Shown: in pieces, positions 11,321 through 24,040 of the stretch
How positions within the stretch are numbered: position 1 is the first letter of the stretch
Layout of the letters: every line of letters starts with the position of its first letter
Source: Cetorhinus maximus
Taxonomy: Eukaryota
Assembly: GCF_964194155.1 (NCBI RefSeq)
Contig: NC_135899.1
Coordinates: forward strand, 81,840,001 to 81,904,000
DNA length: 64,000 nucleotides
Direction of reading: 5' to 3'
Made by a program: the position numbers and the translations under genes
The notes under the pieces: generated by a model
Told to the model about the DNA's origin: nothing
The model's input: the letters and a program-made list of their open reading frames with translations, nothing else
The model's database searches: none

Positions 11321-13349
11321 AAGACATATAGAAATGAGATGAAATATAAGCTGGTAGAGGGGGGTGGGTGGGACAGGTAGAGCTCGATAGGGGGCCAGTG
11401 ATAGGTGGAGGCCAAGAAGAGACTGCCAAAGATGTCATAGACAAAAGAACAAAGGGCTGTTGACAGTGGTGATATTATCTAAAGGGTGTGCTAATGGGGA
11501 CATTAAGGGAAGCAAGCTAGTGGGAGATGGCCCTGGTGCGGGTGGGGTGGGGGGAAGGGATTGAAATGGGCTAAAAGGTGGAGATGAAACAATAGATCGA
11601 AATAAATTTAAAAATAGGAGGGAAAAGAAAAAAATATAGTTGTAAAAAAAATGATAAATTATTGGAAAAAGGGGGATCGGAAAGGGGGCGGGGATGGAGG
11701 AGAGAGTTCATGATCTAAAATTGTTGAACTCAATATTCAGCCCGGAAGGCTGTAAAGTGCCTAATTGGAAGATGAGGTGCTGTTCCTTCAGTTTGTGTTG
11801 AACTTCACTGGAACATTGCAGCAGGCCAAGGACGGACATGTGGGCATGAGAGCAGGGTGGAGTGTTGAAATGGCAAGCGACAGGGAGGTCTGGGTCATGC
11901 TTGCGGACAGACTGAAGGTGTTCCGCAAAGCAGTCACCCAGTCTGCGTTTGGTCTCCCCAGTGTAGAGGAGACTGCATTGGGAGCAGTGAATGCAGTAGA
12001 CTAAATTGAGGGAAGTGCAAGTGAAATGCTGCTTCACTTGAAAGGAGTGTTTGGGCTTTTGGATGGTGAGGAGGGAGGAAGTAAAGGGGCAGGTGTTGCA
12101 CCTTCTGCAGTTGCATGGGAAGGTGCCATGGGAGGGGGTTGAGGAGTAGGGAGTGATGGAGGAGTGGGCCAGGGTGTACCGGAGGGAACGATCCCTGCGG
12201 AATGCCACCAGGGGTGTGAAGGGAAGATGTGTTTGGTGGTGGCATCATGCTGGAAATGGCGGAAATGGCAGTGGATGATCCTTTGAATGCGGAGGCTAGT
12301 GGGGTGATAAGTGAGGACAAGGGGGACCCTATCATGGCTCTGGGAGGGAGAGGAAGGTGTGAGGGTGGATGCGCAGGAGATGGACTATCCTCCATCTGGC
12401 TGAACTTGTTCTCTCACTGAACAATTTCTCCTTAAACTCATCTCACTTCCTCCAAATAAAAGGTGTGGCTATGGGTACCCGCATGGGCCCCAGTTATGCC
12501 AGTCTCTTTATGGGGTATGTGGAACATTCCTCGTTCCAGTCCTACTCATGGCCCCCCCCAACAACCCTTTCTCCGGTACATCGATGATTACTTTGGTGCT
12601 GCTTCATGCTCTCGTCTGGATCTGGAAAAATTTATTAATTTTGCTTCTAATTTCCACCCCTCCATCATTTTCACATGGTCCATCACTGACACTTCCCTTC
12701 CCTTCCTTGACCTCTCATTCTCAATTTCTGGTGATAGACTGTCCATCAATATTCATTACAAGCTTACCGACTCCCACAGCTACCTCGACTACAGCTCTTC
12801 ACACCCTGCTTCCTGTAAGGACTCCATCCCATTCCCTCAGTTCCTTCACCTCCATTGCATCGGTTCTGATGATGCCACTTTCCAAAACAGTTCCTCTGAC
12901 ATGTCTTCCTTCTTCCTTAACCGAGGTTTTCTACCCACGGTGGTTGACAGGGCCCCCAACGGTGTCCGGCCCATCTCCTCCATCCCCACCCTCTTTCCGA
13001 TCCCCCTTTTTCCAATAATTTATCATTTTTTACAACTATATTTTTTTCTTTTCCCTCCTATTTTTAAATTTATTTCGATCTATTGTTTCATCTCCACCTT
13101 TTAGCCCATTTCGATCCCTTTCCCCCGCCCCACCCTCATGAGGGCCATCTGCCACTAGCTTGCTTCCCTTAATGTCCCCATTAGCACATCCTTTAGATAA
13201 TATCACCACTGTCAACACCCCTTTGTCCTTTTGTCTATGACATCTTTGGCAGTCTCTTCTTGGCCTCCACCTATCACTGGCCCCCTATCGAGCTCTCCTG
13301 TCCCACCCCCTTCTACCAGCTTATATTTCATCTCATTTCTATATGTCTT

Positions 13350-13388
13350 AGTTCTGATGAAGGGTCATATGGACTCGAAATGTCAACT
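13350..13388 (+). ncRNA. Minimal hammerhead ribozyme motif (second PLE arm, one C>T)
   Basis: agtt-ctgatga-agggtc-atatg-gactc-gaaa-t-gtc-aact. Confidence 0.7.
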
Positions 13389-15074
13389 GTATCCCTCTCT
13401 GCAGATGCTGTCAGACCTGCTGAGTTTTTCCAGGTATTTTTATTTATGCAACAGGACATAGATTGGCCAGCAGAATGGGCAGATAATTGGCAGATGGAAT
13501 TTAACACAAAGAAGTGTGAGGTGATTCATTTTGGCAGAAGTGATAGAGAGAGGCAAATATACTTAATGGCATAGTTCTAAAGAGTGTGCAGTGACAGAGA
13601 GGCCTGGGGGCTCTTGTTCAGAGATCTTTGTAGTCTCCAGGACGTATTGGGAGAGTAATTAGCAAGCCAAATAAGATCTTGGGTTTCATAAATAGGGGTA
13701 TTGAGTACAAAAGCAGGGAAATTTGCAACCACATTTTAGGATGGATGCGAAGGTCCTCAAGAAAGTACGAAGGAGATATACCAGAATGATTCCAGGGATG
13801 AGGGAGTTTAGCTATAGGCTGGAGAAGCTGGGGTTGTTCTCCTAGGAGCAAAGGAGGTTGAGGGGAGATTTGATAGAGGTGTACAAGATTATGACCGGTT
13901 TAGATAAGGTAGTCAACGTAAAGCTGTTCCCATTCGATGATGGTGCAAGGTCTGGGGAACACAGGTTTAAGGTTTTGGGCAAAAGATGCAGGGGGGATGT
14001 GAGGAAGAACTCTTACACAATGAACTGAAACTTGCAGCCTGGTGGTGGAAGCAGAGATGATTAATGATTTCAAAAGGATAGGCACTTGAGGGAAATAAAA
14101 TTGCAGAACATGGGGATGAAGTGAGGGAATTGGGCCTGACTGGAGTGCTGCATAGAGAGCCAGCAGCGACTCAGTGGGCTGAATAGTCTTCTACTGTTGT
14201 CTTCCTTTCGGGGAGCACTAAAGCGATGCAACTTCACAAACTGTGTCGAACGGCTTAACAGGGAGTGAAGTAACCTGTTGAGCTCAAAGCTGGCAGTGCT
14301 ATTAATTGCTTTAATATGCAGATCACACATTTAAAATTCTTAGGAAAAATGTTATTCCAAATTGTATTTTCACTGCCATCTTGAGCATCTCCGCAATTAA
14401 CACTTGTACTTACTAACTGGAATTATTGCCTTGTAAAGCGTTTAGCTCCTTGCAGGGGAAAAAAAAAAAATCTTGAAAATTCAAATCTCAAGCAAATATT
14501 TAAAAGGTGTTTCTCCAGGAATCGCTAATGGGATTGTCCCCACAGAATATAAAGCAAAATGTTGCTTTTGCTGTGGCGTAGCACACATTTAGCACGTTCA
14601 CCAAAAACACAGGTTACAGACAAACAAAAACGAAAAAAAAAAAAATCCCTCCAGAGCACGGAGGAACATATGTTTGGATTTGCAGCACACCATTTCTGTG
14701 ACATTAATCATTCTGTGAAAGAAGGAACGATGGCAGCTGCGATGCCAAAGAACAGTTTCCACTATATACCCGCAGTTGCTTCTTTTGACACGAGCGTAAG
14801 AATAAGCTGATTACAAGCATAACTTCACTGCAGGCACATTGTAACAATGAGGTATGTTTAGACCGCAGCCCAGTGCTCTAATCAGGGCTCAGTGGCCTGC
14901 GTGTGGATGGACTGACTGATACGGTTGAATTGTGTCGTTAGTTTGCACACAGCAACTGCACAGGCATTGTGTACTGCAAAAAGAAACATTGCAAACAAAT
15001 ATAGATTAGGTACTACATATTCATAAGGGGTGTGCAATGAATTTGGTGGCGGATTATCGTGAGGTGAGAGAAAT

Positions 15075-15925
15075 GAAGACTTGCATTTATGTATAACATC
15101 TCATGACCTCAGAATGCCCCAAAGTGCTTTCTACCAATAAATTATTTCTGAAGTTGAAGGCATTGTTGTAATGTAAAAAATGAGGCAGCCAATTTGCACA
15201 TAGCAAGCTCCGACAAACAGCAATATATTAATGACCAAATTATCTGTTTTTAGTGATATTGGTTGAAGGATAAACATCGGCTCGCACAGAACCAATAACT
15301 CCCCTACTCTCCTTCAAAGTAGTGCCATGGAGTCATTTAAATTCAGCAGTGATGAAAGATCGTAAGAGGCAGGGGCCATTATGCCCATTGAGCCTGGTCC
15401 ATCATTCAGTTAGATCATGGCTGATCTGTTTGTGGCCTTAACACCACTTTCCTGCCTGTGCCCCATTAAGTCCCTTGTTGATCAAAAATCTAACTCAGCT
15501 TTGAATATATTCAATGACCCAGCCTCCATTGCTATCCGTGGGAGAAAATCCCAAAGACCCTCTGACAAAAGAAATTCCTCCTCATCTCCATCTTAAATGG
15601 GAGGTTCCTTATTTTTAAACTCTGCCCCATAGTTCTAGATTCCCCCATAGGAGGAAACATCCTCCCAGCATCTATCCTGTCAAGCCCCCTCAGAATCTTA
15701 TATGTTTCAATAATTCTGATTCTTCTAAACTCCAGTGGGCCCAATCTTCCCTCTTAAGACAAGAGACGGCAAATGAGGCCTAGGTTCTTGTGAAGGATAG
15801 CACCTTCAACAGTGCAGCACTCCCTCAGTGCTGCACTGGAGTGCTAACCCAGATTAAGTGCTCTGACCTCTAGCATGGGACTTAAACCCACAACCTTCAG
15901 ACTCAGATGCAATGAACCACAGCAG
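15075..15925 (-). mobile_element. Deu-domain SINE (SacSINE1/AmnSINE-like) split by a CR1 fragment
   Basis: Head at 15760-15925 (ctgagtctgaaggttgtgggtttaagtcccat...ctccagtgcagcactgagggagtgctgcactgt); 3' half at 15075-15345 (gcttgctatgtgcaaattggctgcc...taaatgcaagtc). Confidence 0.8.
15360..15755 (-). mobile_element. CR1 LINE 3' fragment
   Basis: LEFRR..IETYKILRGLDRIDAGRMFPPMGESRT.G.SLKIR...MRRNFF plus CR1 tail. Confidence 0.85.
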
Positions 15926-17004
15926 ACAGAACTGAAAGATGTAAGAGATTTAACAGTTTTAAGGACAAAGTGAAGGTCTGCGATCGGGTGGAGAACAGGA
16001 GTGCTTCAATAACAAAAAAGATGACAGTGCAATGTATAAGGGACTGGTAATGGGACGAGTAGAGCAGAGAACAAGAGATGGGTCCAGAGGAGCAGCAAAT
16101 GGTTAAAGCAAAACAGGAGAGGAGGGAGGGGGCAAGTATAGAAAATTTGTGAAAAATAGAGACGGGTTCTTTGGCCCAGAAATGTGACAGAGAACTGTAG
16201 GAAGACCCTAGAGTTGAGGAGCTGACCATCAACTGTGTATCAACAGGAGATCCCCACCCCAAACATCAGCCCACTGCTCCTCCATTCTCTGTGGCTATGC
16301 CGTAGCCATCCACTGTCAAAAAATGGGACCTGTGGTTAAGGTGTAAAGTTGTTAACCTCTTATTTCAAGATTGTCCCATACCTTCTAACAGATATTTAAT
16401 ACCTTCTGACATATACATTTTAGAGTGGAGATTATACCTATTTAAATAAGTGTTATGAAAAAGGTAACCAAATTGATAATATTACAAGAATTGTGATTTC
16501 ATAAACATTAAAAAGCAATAAATAACTGTTTATATACTTACTAAATGTATTTAAAATTACCAAATTATTCACAGCTTAATTGGTTAAAAAGAAATTGCAA
16601 CTGATTCAAAAATTACTCACAGATTATCATTAGTTCTTTTATTTTTCAAGCATGTAGTTACATGAATGATGATTTGAATGAAAATTACATCTGCCTATTC
16701 AACATTAAAGTATAAATTTGTGTTAATTACAAAAGGTTATTGAGAACTTAATGTGCAGCATAAAATTCTTTGCAACTACTTCTACGATGTCCTGAAATAT
16801 CCATTAGAAATCACTGCAACTATTGGAATATGAAGGGGCTGTTGAAAAATTATTACTGCAGTGATTCTGCAAAGTGTAAACATTTGAACTTCCTTTAATC
16901 AAATATTCCACTCAGGCAAGTACGTTTGTTGGCCGATTTGCATAAAACTTTTAACATAAAGGTCAGTAAAGATTGGATTTCATTGACAATCACCAGGAAT
17001 AGCA

Positions 17005-17150
17005 GAGGTGCATTTAAGGGGAAGCTCGGTACGTACATGAGGGGGAAAGAAACATAAAGGTATACAGATAGGGTGGGACGAAGCAGGGTGGGTGGATACT
17101 CATGTAGAACATAAACATCAGTGTGGACCTGTTGGACCGAATGGCCTGTG
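17005..17150 (+). mobile_element. CR1 LINE 3' tail
   Basis: gcatttaaggggaagct...gacctgttggaccgaatggcctgtg. Confidence 0.7.
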
Positions 17151-18434
17151 ATGTGGATTCTAGTTAATGTGGTCGCTGATTGGGAAAGGCAGCTTGAATG
17201 ATAGAGGTAGATACTGCTGCAGCTAACTGACCCTATCAGTAAGGAGTGTCATTCATTCTGAGCTACACCACCCTGCACAACACTGTCACTGGATAACACT
17301 GAATACTCAAGCAGTAACTGCTTGAGCACAAGAAAGGATAGTTGCTTTTCTACAATACATTATGTAATCATTTAGGGTTAAGCCAAAAAAAATCTGCATT
17401 TCAGGTTCTTCCTGAAGTCAGAAGTTCCATTTGCTTTTCCATTTTTTTGTCTTCTGTGGGTAATGCTCATTTCTACTAACATCTACGCACTTATGGGGTT
17501 TATTTGCAGCACAAAACAGTTCTAGCTGCACAAAGAGTCAAGAAATAGTAGATTGAAACTTTTTAAAAGGGCCCATAAACAATAAGGAAATGTCTGATCA
17601 TTTCTTCGTATCAATTATGAATGAATATGTGGATATTCTATGTCTGTTTCCTTGCCTGTAACAGAAATAGGTCTCATAGCACAATAAACATTAAGAACTG
17701 AATCAGCAGTCACACTTTGGTTTATTTTACTGAAGCGTCAACGTACTTAGCTCAGGTTGACATTGGTGGTCAAGGCAGAGGGTGCTGCAGAATCAGATTT
17801 AAATCTGCGATAGTCCACTGAAGCTTCGTAGCTGAATGCCCATCAATGAGGGAGATAAGAAATGTCACTCTCCATTTTGCCTTTAAGATGTCAGAAAGCA
17901 TCGATTGCGTTGTAACTATTGACAAGTCAGTCCGACTAAAAACTGATTCTTGAAAGGGAAGAGCCTGCTGATGGGAAGAAAAGCAATAGAATGACATCGA
18001 CTGTAGTGGCTTTGATCAACCGTGTGCATTTTAGAGAAATGAGTTTCAGGTAGTTTTTGCAACATATTTGCCATTCTTCAAGAATCTGTGTTTAGGAAAC
18101 GCAGTGAAGGCATTGATTGAGACTTTGAAAGAAACCTCTGTCATCTGATTTTACAAGGTGGTGGACATTATGATCAGCTTTGTAATATGCAGTGGAAATT
18201 ATCTAAAGCTTCTAAGGCTGATGATCATTCATGATTACCAGCCAGCCACTGGAAACATTTCTTTACATATCAATTCAAACGTTACAGGAGATAAAGCAAT
18301 CCAATGGAATGCATGATATACAAACTAAACAGCTTAACAACCACAAGTAACCCGCAAGATTTTTACTGATGAATCTTGACCTATCCCCATTGGTGGCGAC
18401 AGGACCAAAGAGTTCAATGATCCCCACGAAAGTA

Positions 18435-18965
18435 CGCAATGCATGTTGAATAACTGGATGAAGCTAAAACAGATCCAAGGGTCTTGGTAGGCTCGACATT
18501 TAACATGTCCAAAAATGTAGGTCTAGCAATTGATAAAGCAATTGTGTGGGTCGGATTGCAATTTAAGTACTGGGTCCAGTTTTGAAGGCTGGAACGCAAG
18601 TGTGATATTCAAGCATTGTGGGCTGCTCAGAGAAGCATCATGGCATGTATTACTAAAGGTCTGCGTTATGAGGAAAGAATAGAAAAACTAAGCCCGTTCA
18701 GCCTTGAATGTGGCGGGGGAGGGGGGGATGGGGGGATGGGAGGTGTGGTGACCTAATGGAGTTAGTTAAGGGACTGGAAAATTGAGGAAATTAAATTAAT
18801 TGTGAGCAAGGGCACACAGGTACAATTTAATGAAAAGGTAAATTTAGGCCTAATATTAAGACGTTCTTCACGGAAGTGTGATGAAGACATGCAACGAACT
18901 CCCAGATAAAGCTGAGGATTGTGGATGAACTAAAAGGGGCTGAGCAAACAGCAACCATTCCTGTT
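18435..18965 (+). mobile_element. Highly decayed CR1 3' fragment
   Basis: Residual agtactgggtccagttttg (EY.VQFW) and ttatgaggaaaga (YEER) motifs. Confidence 0.55.
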
Positions 18966-19668
18966 GTTCAACAGTCATAAGGTCATAAGGAAACACTCCA
19001 TGACTCTACCACCAGCATAAGAAATAGACAAGCCTGAAAGGAGTGATAAGGAAGGGTGAATGAAACTTAGTTAGAGAGGAGGGTTTTGAAAAAGTTATTA
19101 AAAAGCTCAAGAGAGAGCTGGATATTTTGGCAGGGAGTTTGAGCTTCATACGGAAGAGGAAAAAAGCAAAGAGAAAGGGAAATAATAGGCCCCAAAGCCA
19201 TTTTGCTGCAACAGGCAGGCTTTTGAAATGTTGTTGATAAATACCCTGGACAGATAAATCTTAAAAATGACCAGTTACCGAGAAGGTGGAAGAAGTTGAG
19301 TAACCAACTTCAAAAGGATCACAAGGCGATGAACTTAGCTCATAGTAAAAGGTAGCACATCACAGCAAATGATGGCGCTTTCTTCAAAGAGAAATGGTTG
19401 AAGAAAGAGAGGTTGCCGTGTTTGTAAACCAGGTGAGGCTAGATGGTAAACAAATCCACCAATGCTTGGATTCTGGAATGCAATTGTTTTCATCACAAAA
19501 TGCCATTCACTGTATAATGATATCCAACACAGATCATTAATCTACTGTGATGGGAATGTCAATAACATGAGACTACTTATAAAAATGCAATATTTGGACA
19601 TCTCACACTGCATAAAGTTCTGTAAGGAAAAATATAATTCAATATCTTCCGCAGTAGAAAATGTAACT

Positions 19669-19928
19669 TGTTGTAGGGTGTTGGATACCGTTCAGTGGGT
19701 CTTAAGTAATCTTCAGTCAGTTAACTGTAGGTATTTATTAACTACAAGACCTACCTACATATATACAGTAAAGGGTTTAAGCCAGGACCTGTTTCCATGC
19801 TTGCTTCTGCACCCTGCTCTGTCCAACGCTAGGCTGACCCCGAGGCGTAGGTTCTCTTACATCACTCTGTGGGTGGTACTGTACTCAATCCCACATTAAC
19901 CCTATATGTGCCAGATCCTTTAACTGCA
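19669..19928. mobile_element. Possible solo LTR
   Basis: Starts tgttgta and ends actgca, like the other short LTRs here; TSD not clean. Confidence 0.4.
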
Positions 19929-20409
19929 AAACCCTTCAACTGGCTGAGTTCAGACATAGTAACAGGACCCATGGGTACTATTCAAGATCATTTAAGGAGC
20001 ACAACTGGTATCACAAAGTCCAAAAAAGACATTTTAAAAAGCCAAGTTGCCTGCTAATGAATGTGGAAACATTAAAAGAAGCATCAGCCTTAAGGGTTAT
20101 CTACCACTTCCTCAATCTTCCACTTTGAACCTCAAGCTATAAAGAGACAGGGATTGCCCAAGGCATTGGAATTGCTATCAATAACCTGTAGATTGGCTTT
20201 CACTAGCAATAGTGGGGCACTGTGAGCTTAATTTAATGATCAAGCACTTCCAGGGCTGTTATAATGTAGCTCCTGCTCTGACCTACAAACCTTTAAACAT
20301 GACTGCCCATTGGGAGTGTAGAATCAGTGAGTTTATCCTGACATCTTTGCAATTTGGACAATACAGTTAATTAGGTTTTTCTTTATTGCTTGGTCTATGC
20401 AACTCAGAT

Positions 20410-20558
20410 ATGGGATCATTTTTTATTCATCCATGAGATGTAAGCAAGGCCAGTTTAATCGTCCTTCCCGAATTACCATTGAGGGGATGGTGTTGAGCTG
20501 CTTTCTTGAACCTTTGCAGCTCATGTGGTGTAAGTACATCCACTGTGCTGTTAGAGAA
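20410..20558 (-). mobile_element. 3' tail of the Crack-like LINE family
   Basis: Reverse complement matches 6660-6800. Confidence 0.7.
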
Positions 20559-20560
20559 AG

Positions 20561-21860
20561 TGGGGGTGGTGGGGGGTCGGGTGGTGGTTTGTATTAGGAG
20601 GCTAGGGATTGTCAGTCAGGGGAAGGATAGGAAAATAGAATGGGTTGTCAATCTGGGGTCCTTGGGTGGAGAGGAAGGTTTCAGTGGGACATGGTTGGTA
20701 GCAGGGTGGTGGGGGGGAGGCCGGGGGGGGGTGGGGGAGGGGGTGGAAGGGGTTGGAGGGGTGGAATCAGGGCCTAGGGGGAGGGCTGACATTAGGGTTG
20801 GAGGCCTTGTGGGGAAGGTTGGGCAAAGGTGGGTGCCCAATAGCAAAGGCTCCTCAAGGCAGGCACCTAAATCCAGAAGCTAGGTGTGGAGACACTCACC
20901 TCCTGAGCCCACCAAGACCTCGGCCTGATGAAGCTGTCAGATTCCCTAATGATTGGGAAACCTGGCCAACCACAGGCTCTCAGTCTCATCATCATATTTC
21001 AAGTAGCGACCTGCCTCCTTGAAGCGGGATTGGATGTCTGTGCCCCAGCTGAGTTAAAGACAGAAATGGGCAGGTTGGAGGCGAGTTTGGTCTGCGAAAA
21101 ACATTTTTAAGACTTTAACCCTCATCGAATCCAAACCTGTCCGTTGTTTGAAGTTAAATTCCCCACCCCAGTGTTTTGAGACTGAGAGCCTGTGGTTGGC
21201 CAGGTTTCCCAATCATTAGGGAACCCGATAGCTTCATCAGGCCGGGGTCTAGGCGGGTTCAGGAGGTGAGTGTCTTCACATCTACCTTCTGGATTTAGGT
21301 GCCTACCTGAGGAGCCTTTACTATTGGGCACCCACCTTTACCCAACCTCCCCAACAAGGCCTCTGACCCCAACGTCAACCCTTCCCCTAGGCCCTGATTC
21401 CACCCCTCCGCCCCCCTCAACCCTGCTACCAACCATCTCCCACTGAAACCTTCCTCTCCACCCAAGAACCCCAGGTTGGCAGCCCATTCAATTGTCCTCC
21501 TATCTCCCCCCACCGACTGACAATCCCTAGCCTCCCAATGCAAACCAACCCACCACCCCCCCCACCTCCCCACACAGCTCCCACCCTGCCCCCGCCGCCT
21601 CTCCAGCCTCCCCCGAGATCTCTTCCCACCCCCGACTGGCGCGTGTCCAGCCTGGTCCTGAGGCCTTCACTGACCAATTCCCTGTCCAACTGAGAACCAA
21701 GCCAAGCCTGTCAAGCAGGTGAGCCAGACAGTGACATGAAGTGTACACTGTGGAGTGAAATCTTCACAGCATGCGGGGGGAATCTCAAATTCTGGGTCCC
21801 GTGTGACTCCCTGACTCACCTGCCCCCCGAAGGCTGAAGTAAATAAAAACTCAGCCCAAT
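20561..21860. repeat. GC-rich MITE-like element containing a ~400-bp inverted duplication
   Basis: 20561-20988 is the reverse complement of 21177-21572; the right end aaaactcagccc resembles the Harbinger-type termini elsewhere in the window. Confidence 0.8.
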
Positions 21861-22413
21861 GCCTCAGAATAAAGAGGGTAAATATGGTTGTGACCCAACA
21901 GCATGTTGTATCACATGAAGTATTCAATGCTTATACAAATGAAACCTGTTATTCGTCAAAGAATGCAAACCTTTTCCACAGGACCATGACCCACATTTTC
22001 ACAGCTTATTCTGAGTTTTATAAGGTTGGTGTTCAAACGACGTTTTTCAGCTGTTAAATTGATTCAATCTTAAAGGTGACAGATTAATTTCCAATTATCC
22101 TCCAGTTATCAATCTATGTCTTGTATCTGAAATCTCATTCTCTTCCAATACATATATTCCCACTAGATTGCACATCCAAATTAACCCGTGTCTTAAAATA
22201 TTCCTTTCAGCCCGAATGAATGAGCATCTCTGTTGTGCATCTCATCTCACCCGACGCCCTTTAACTTTTACAGTTTCATCCGTGTTTGATAGAATCAACA
22301 GTGGTGATGGATTATAATCAGACCACTCAAACAGTTCAACATTCTTCCTCTCTGAATGAATTGAAGTAAATATGGATTTTCTTTTTTTTTTCTCCTATGT
22401 AACTAGGTGGAGT

Positions 22414-23169
22414 GCGGTCTCCTCTACATTGGAGAGACCAAACGCAAACTGGGCGACCGTTTTGCGGAACACCTGCGGTCTGTCAGCAAGAAAGACCCAA
22501 ACCTCCCTGTCGCTTGCCATTTTAACACTCCACCCTGTTCTCTTGCCCACATGTCTGTCCTTGGCTTGCTGCATTGTTCCAGTGAAGCCCAACGCAAACT
22601 GGAGGAACAGCACCTCATCTTCCGACTAGGCACTTTACAGCCTTCCGGGCTGAATATTGAATTCAACAACTTTAGATCTTAAACTCCCCCTCCCCCCATC
22701 CCTACCCCATTTCTCGCCCCCCCCTTTTTTTTTTCAAAATTTATATAGATTCTTCTTTCCCCACCTATTTCCATTATTTTTAAATCTAAAACTAAAACCT
22801 TGTTAGTCTGTCCACCCCACCCCCACTAGAGCTGTACTTTGAGTGTCCTGTCTTCCATTCTTAATTAGCACTTTTCTTAGACAAATATCACCACCTTCAA
22901 AACCTCTTTGATCCTTTTGTCTGTGACATCTTTGGATTATCTGCTCCTATCACGGCTTGCTTATCTCCACAATCACCACACCCTCAACTTCTCTCTTCCC
23001 TCCCCCCCCCCCCCCCCCCCACCCACCTTAAACCAGTTTATATTTCTCCTTTCTCCTAACTATGCTTCAGTTCTGCCGAAGGGCCATGAAGGCTCGAAAC
23101 GTTAACTGATTTCTTCTCCGCCGATGCTGCCAGACCTGCTGAGTTTTTCCAGGTAATTCTGTTTTTGTT
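22414..23169 (+). mobile_element. 5'-truncated Penelope-like element (second subfamily), 10-bp TSD
   Basis: CGLLYIGETKRKLGDRFAEH...GLNIEFNNFRS* then 3' UTR; TSD taggtggagt at 22404-22413 and 23170-23179. Confidence 0.92.
23067..23109 (+). ncRNA. Hammerhead motif variant (CUGCCGA core)
   Basis: tcagtt-ctgccga-a-gggcc-atgaa-ggctc-gaaa-c-gtt-aactga; 6-bp stem I, one core substitution. Confidence 0.6.
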
Positions 23170-23387
23170 TAGGTGGAGTAGGATCCTGGTTTGGAACAAA
23201 TTATTTTAAAACCTGCCTAGCCGTCAAAGCCAGACATGGAATCCTAAAGCTGCCTTTCAGGGGTTGAGTTTCTTTGATGATTTGCCATTGCAAGGAAGCC
23301 TTATCTAACTTCAACTCGAGATGCGGGGATTATTTTTTTGCCAATATTCGCCCTCTGTTCCCTCTTCCCAAAGACCCTGGCCATTGA

Positions 23388-23529
23388 GATAAAGGCAAAA
23401 TACTGCGGATGCTGGAAACCTGAAACAAAAACAAAAAAAATGCTGGAAAAACTCAGCAGGCCTGACAGCATCTGTGAGAGAAAGACGGAGTTAATGTTTT
23501 GAGTCCATGCGACCCTTCATCAGAGACTC
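23388..23529 (-). mobile_element. Solo PLE pseudo-LTR fragment with decayed hammerhead
   Basis: Matches 11206-11320; minus strand ctgatgaagggtcgcatggactcaaaacatt (GAAA box lost). Confidence 0.8.
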
Positions 23530-24040
23530 TGAAAAAGAGACACATGGGTCATTGAGAAGGGGAGGTATAGAAAGATTTTATATTGAGTAGTCACTACATC
23601 AGGCCATTCATTCACACATTTGTCTGAATCCCCATTCTTCCAGGCGTTAACCCATTCATTTTAAATGGATTAACAACTCTATCAAGGTAGGAGAGAGATA
23701 AGTTTCAGACAGTGTTCATTCACAAGGGAACAGGTCTTTCTGGAATAATAATGGTGTGCAAACCGCTACTTACTTTTCTGTCGCCTTTTTCTCCCTCTCA
23801 CTTAATCCAATCTTTCTTTCCCTCTCTTTATTTTACTTTCTGTACCTGATTTGGCTCTAATTCATCCTCCTTCTCTGTTGTTCCGTTGTTTCTTTCTCAA
23901 TCCTTAAATCTCATTGGTTAGGGAGATAGACTGTTAATCCCGCCATTCACTGTGGCCCCAGATGTCCCACTGCCCTCCCCGCATCATTATCAGCTTGCAC
24001 TTCCAGCAGTTACAGTGCAGGAACTACTTGAGCTGAAAGG

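Larger units (their letters stand above)
11206..13446. mobile_element. Penelope-like retroelement, rearranged with inverted pseudo-LTRs, 14-bp TSD
   Basis: Minus arm has GIY-YIG (NLVYCIHC..C.LLYTGETKRRL..FAEH; ORF 11708-12208). Plus arm has RT (GVAMGTRMGPSYA, FLRYIDD, PFLDL). TSD tgcaacaggacata at 11192-11205 and 13447-13460. Confidence 0.95.
11130..14195 (+). mobile_element. CR1 LINE 3' fragment (11130-11205 plus 13447-14195) split by a Penelope-like insertion
   Basis: KFADDT before the insertion continues as QQDID..EWADNWQMEFNTKKCEVIHFG after it; CR1 tail near 14190. Confidence 0.85.

Noticed and set aside
19462-19899. 145-aa ORF
   Set aside because: It runs from unique AT-rich sequence into a probable solo LTR and has no protein-like motif.
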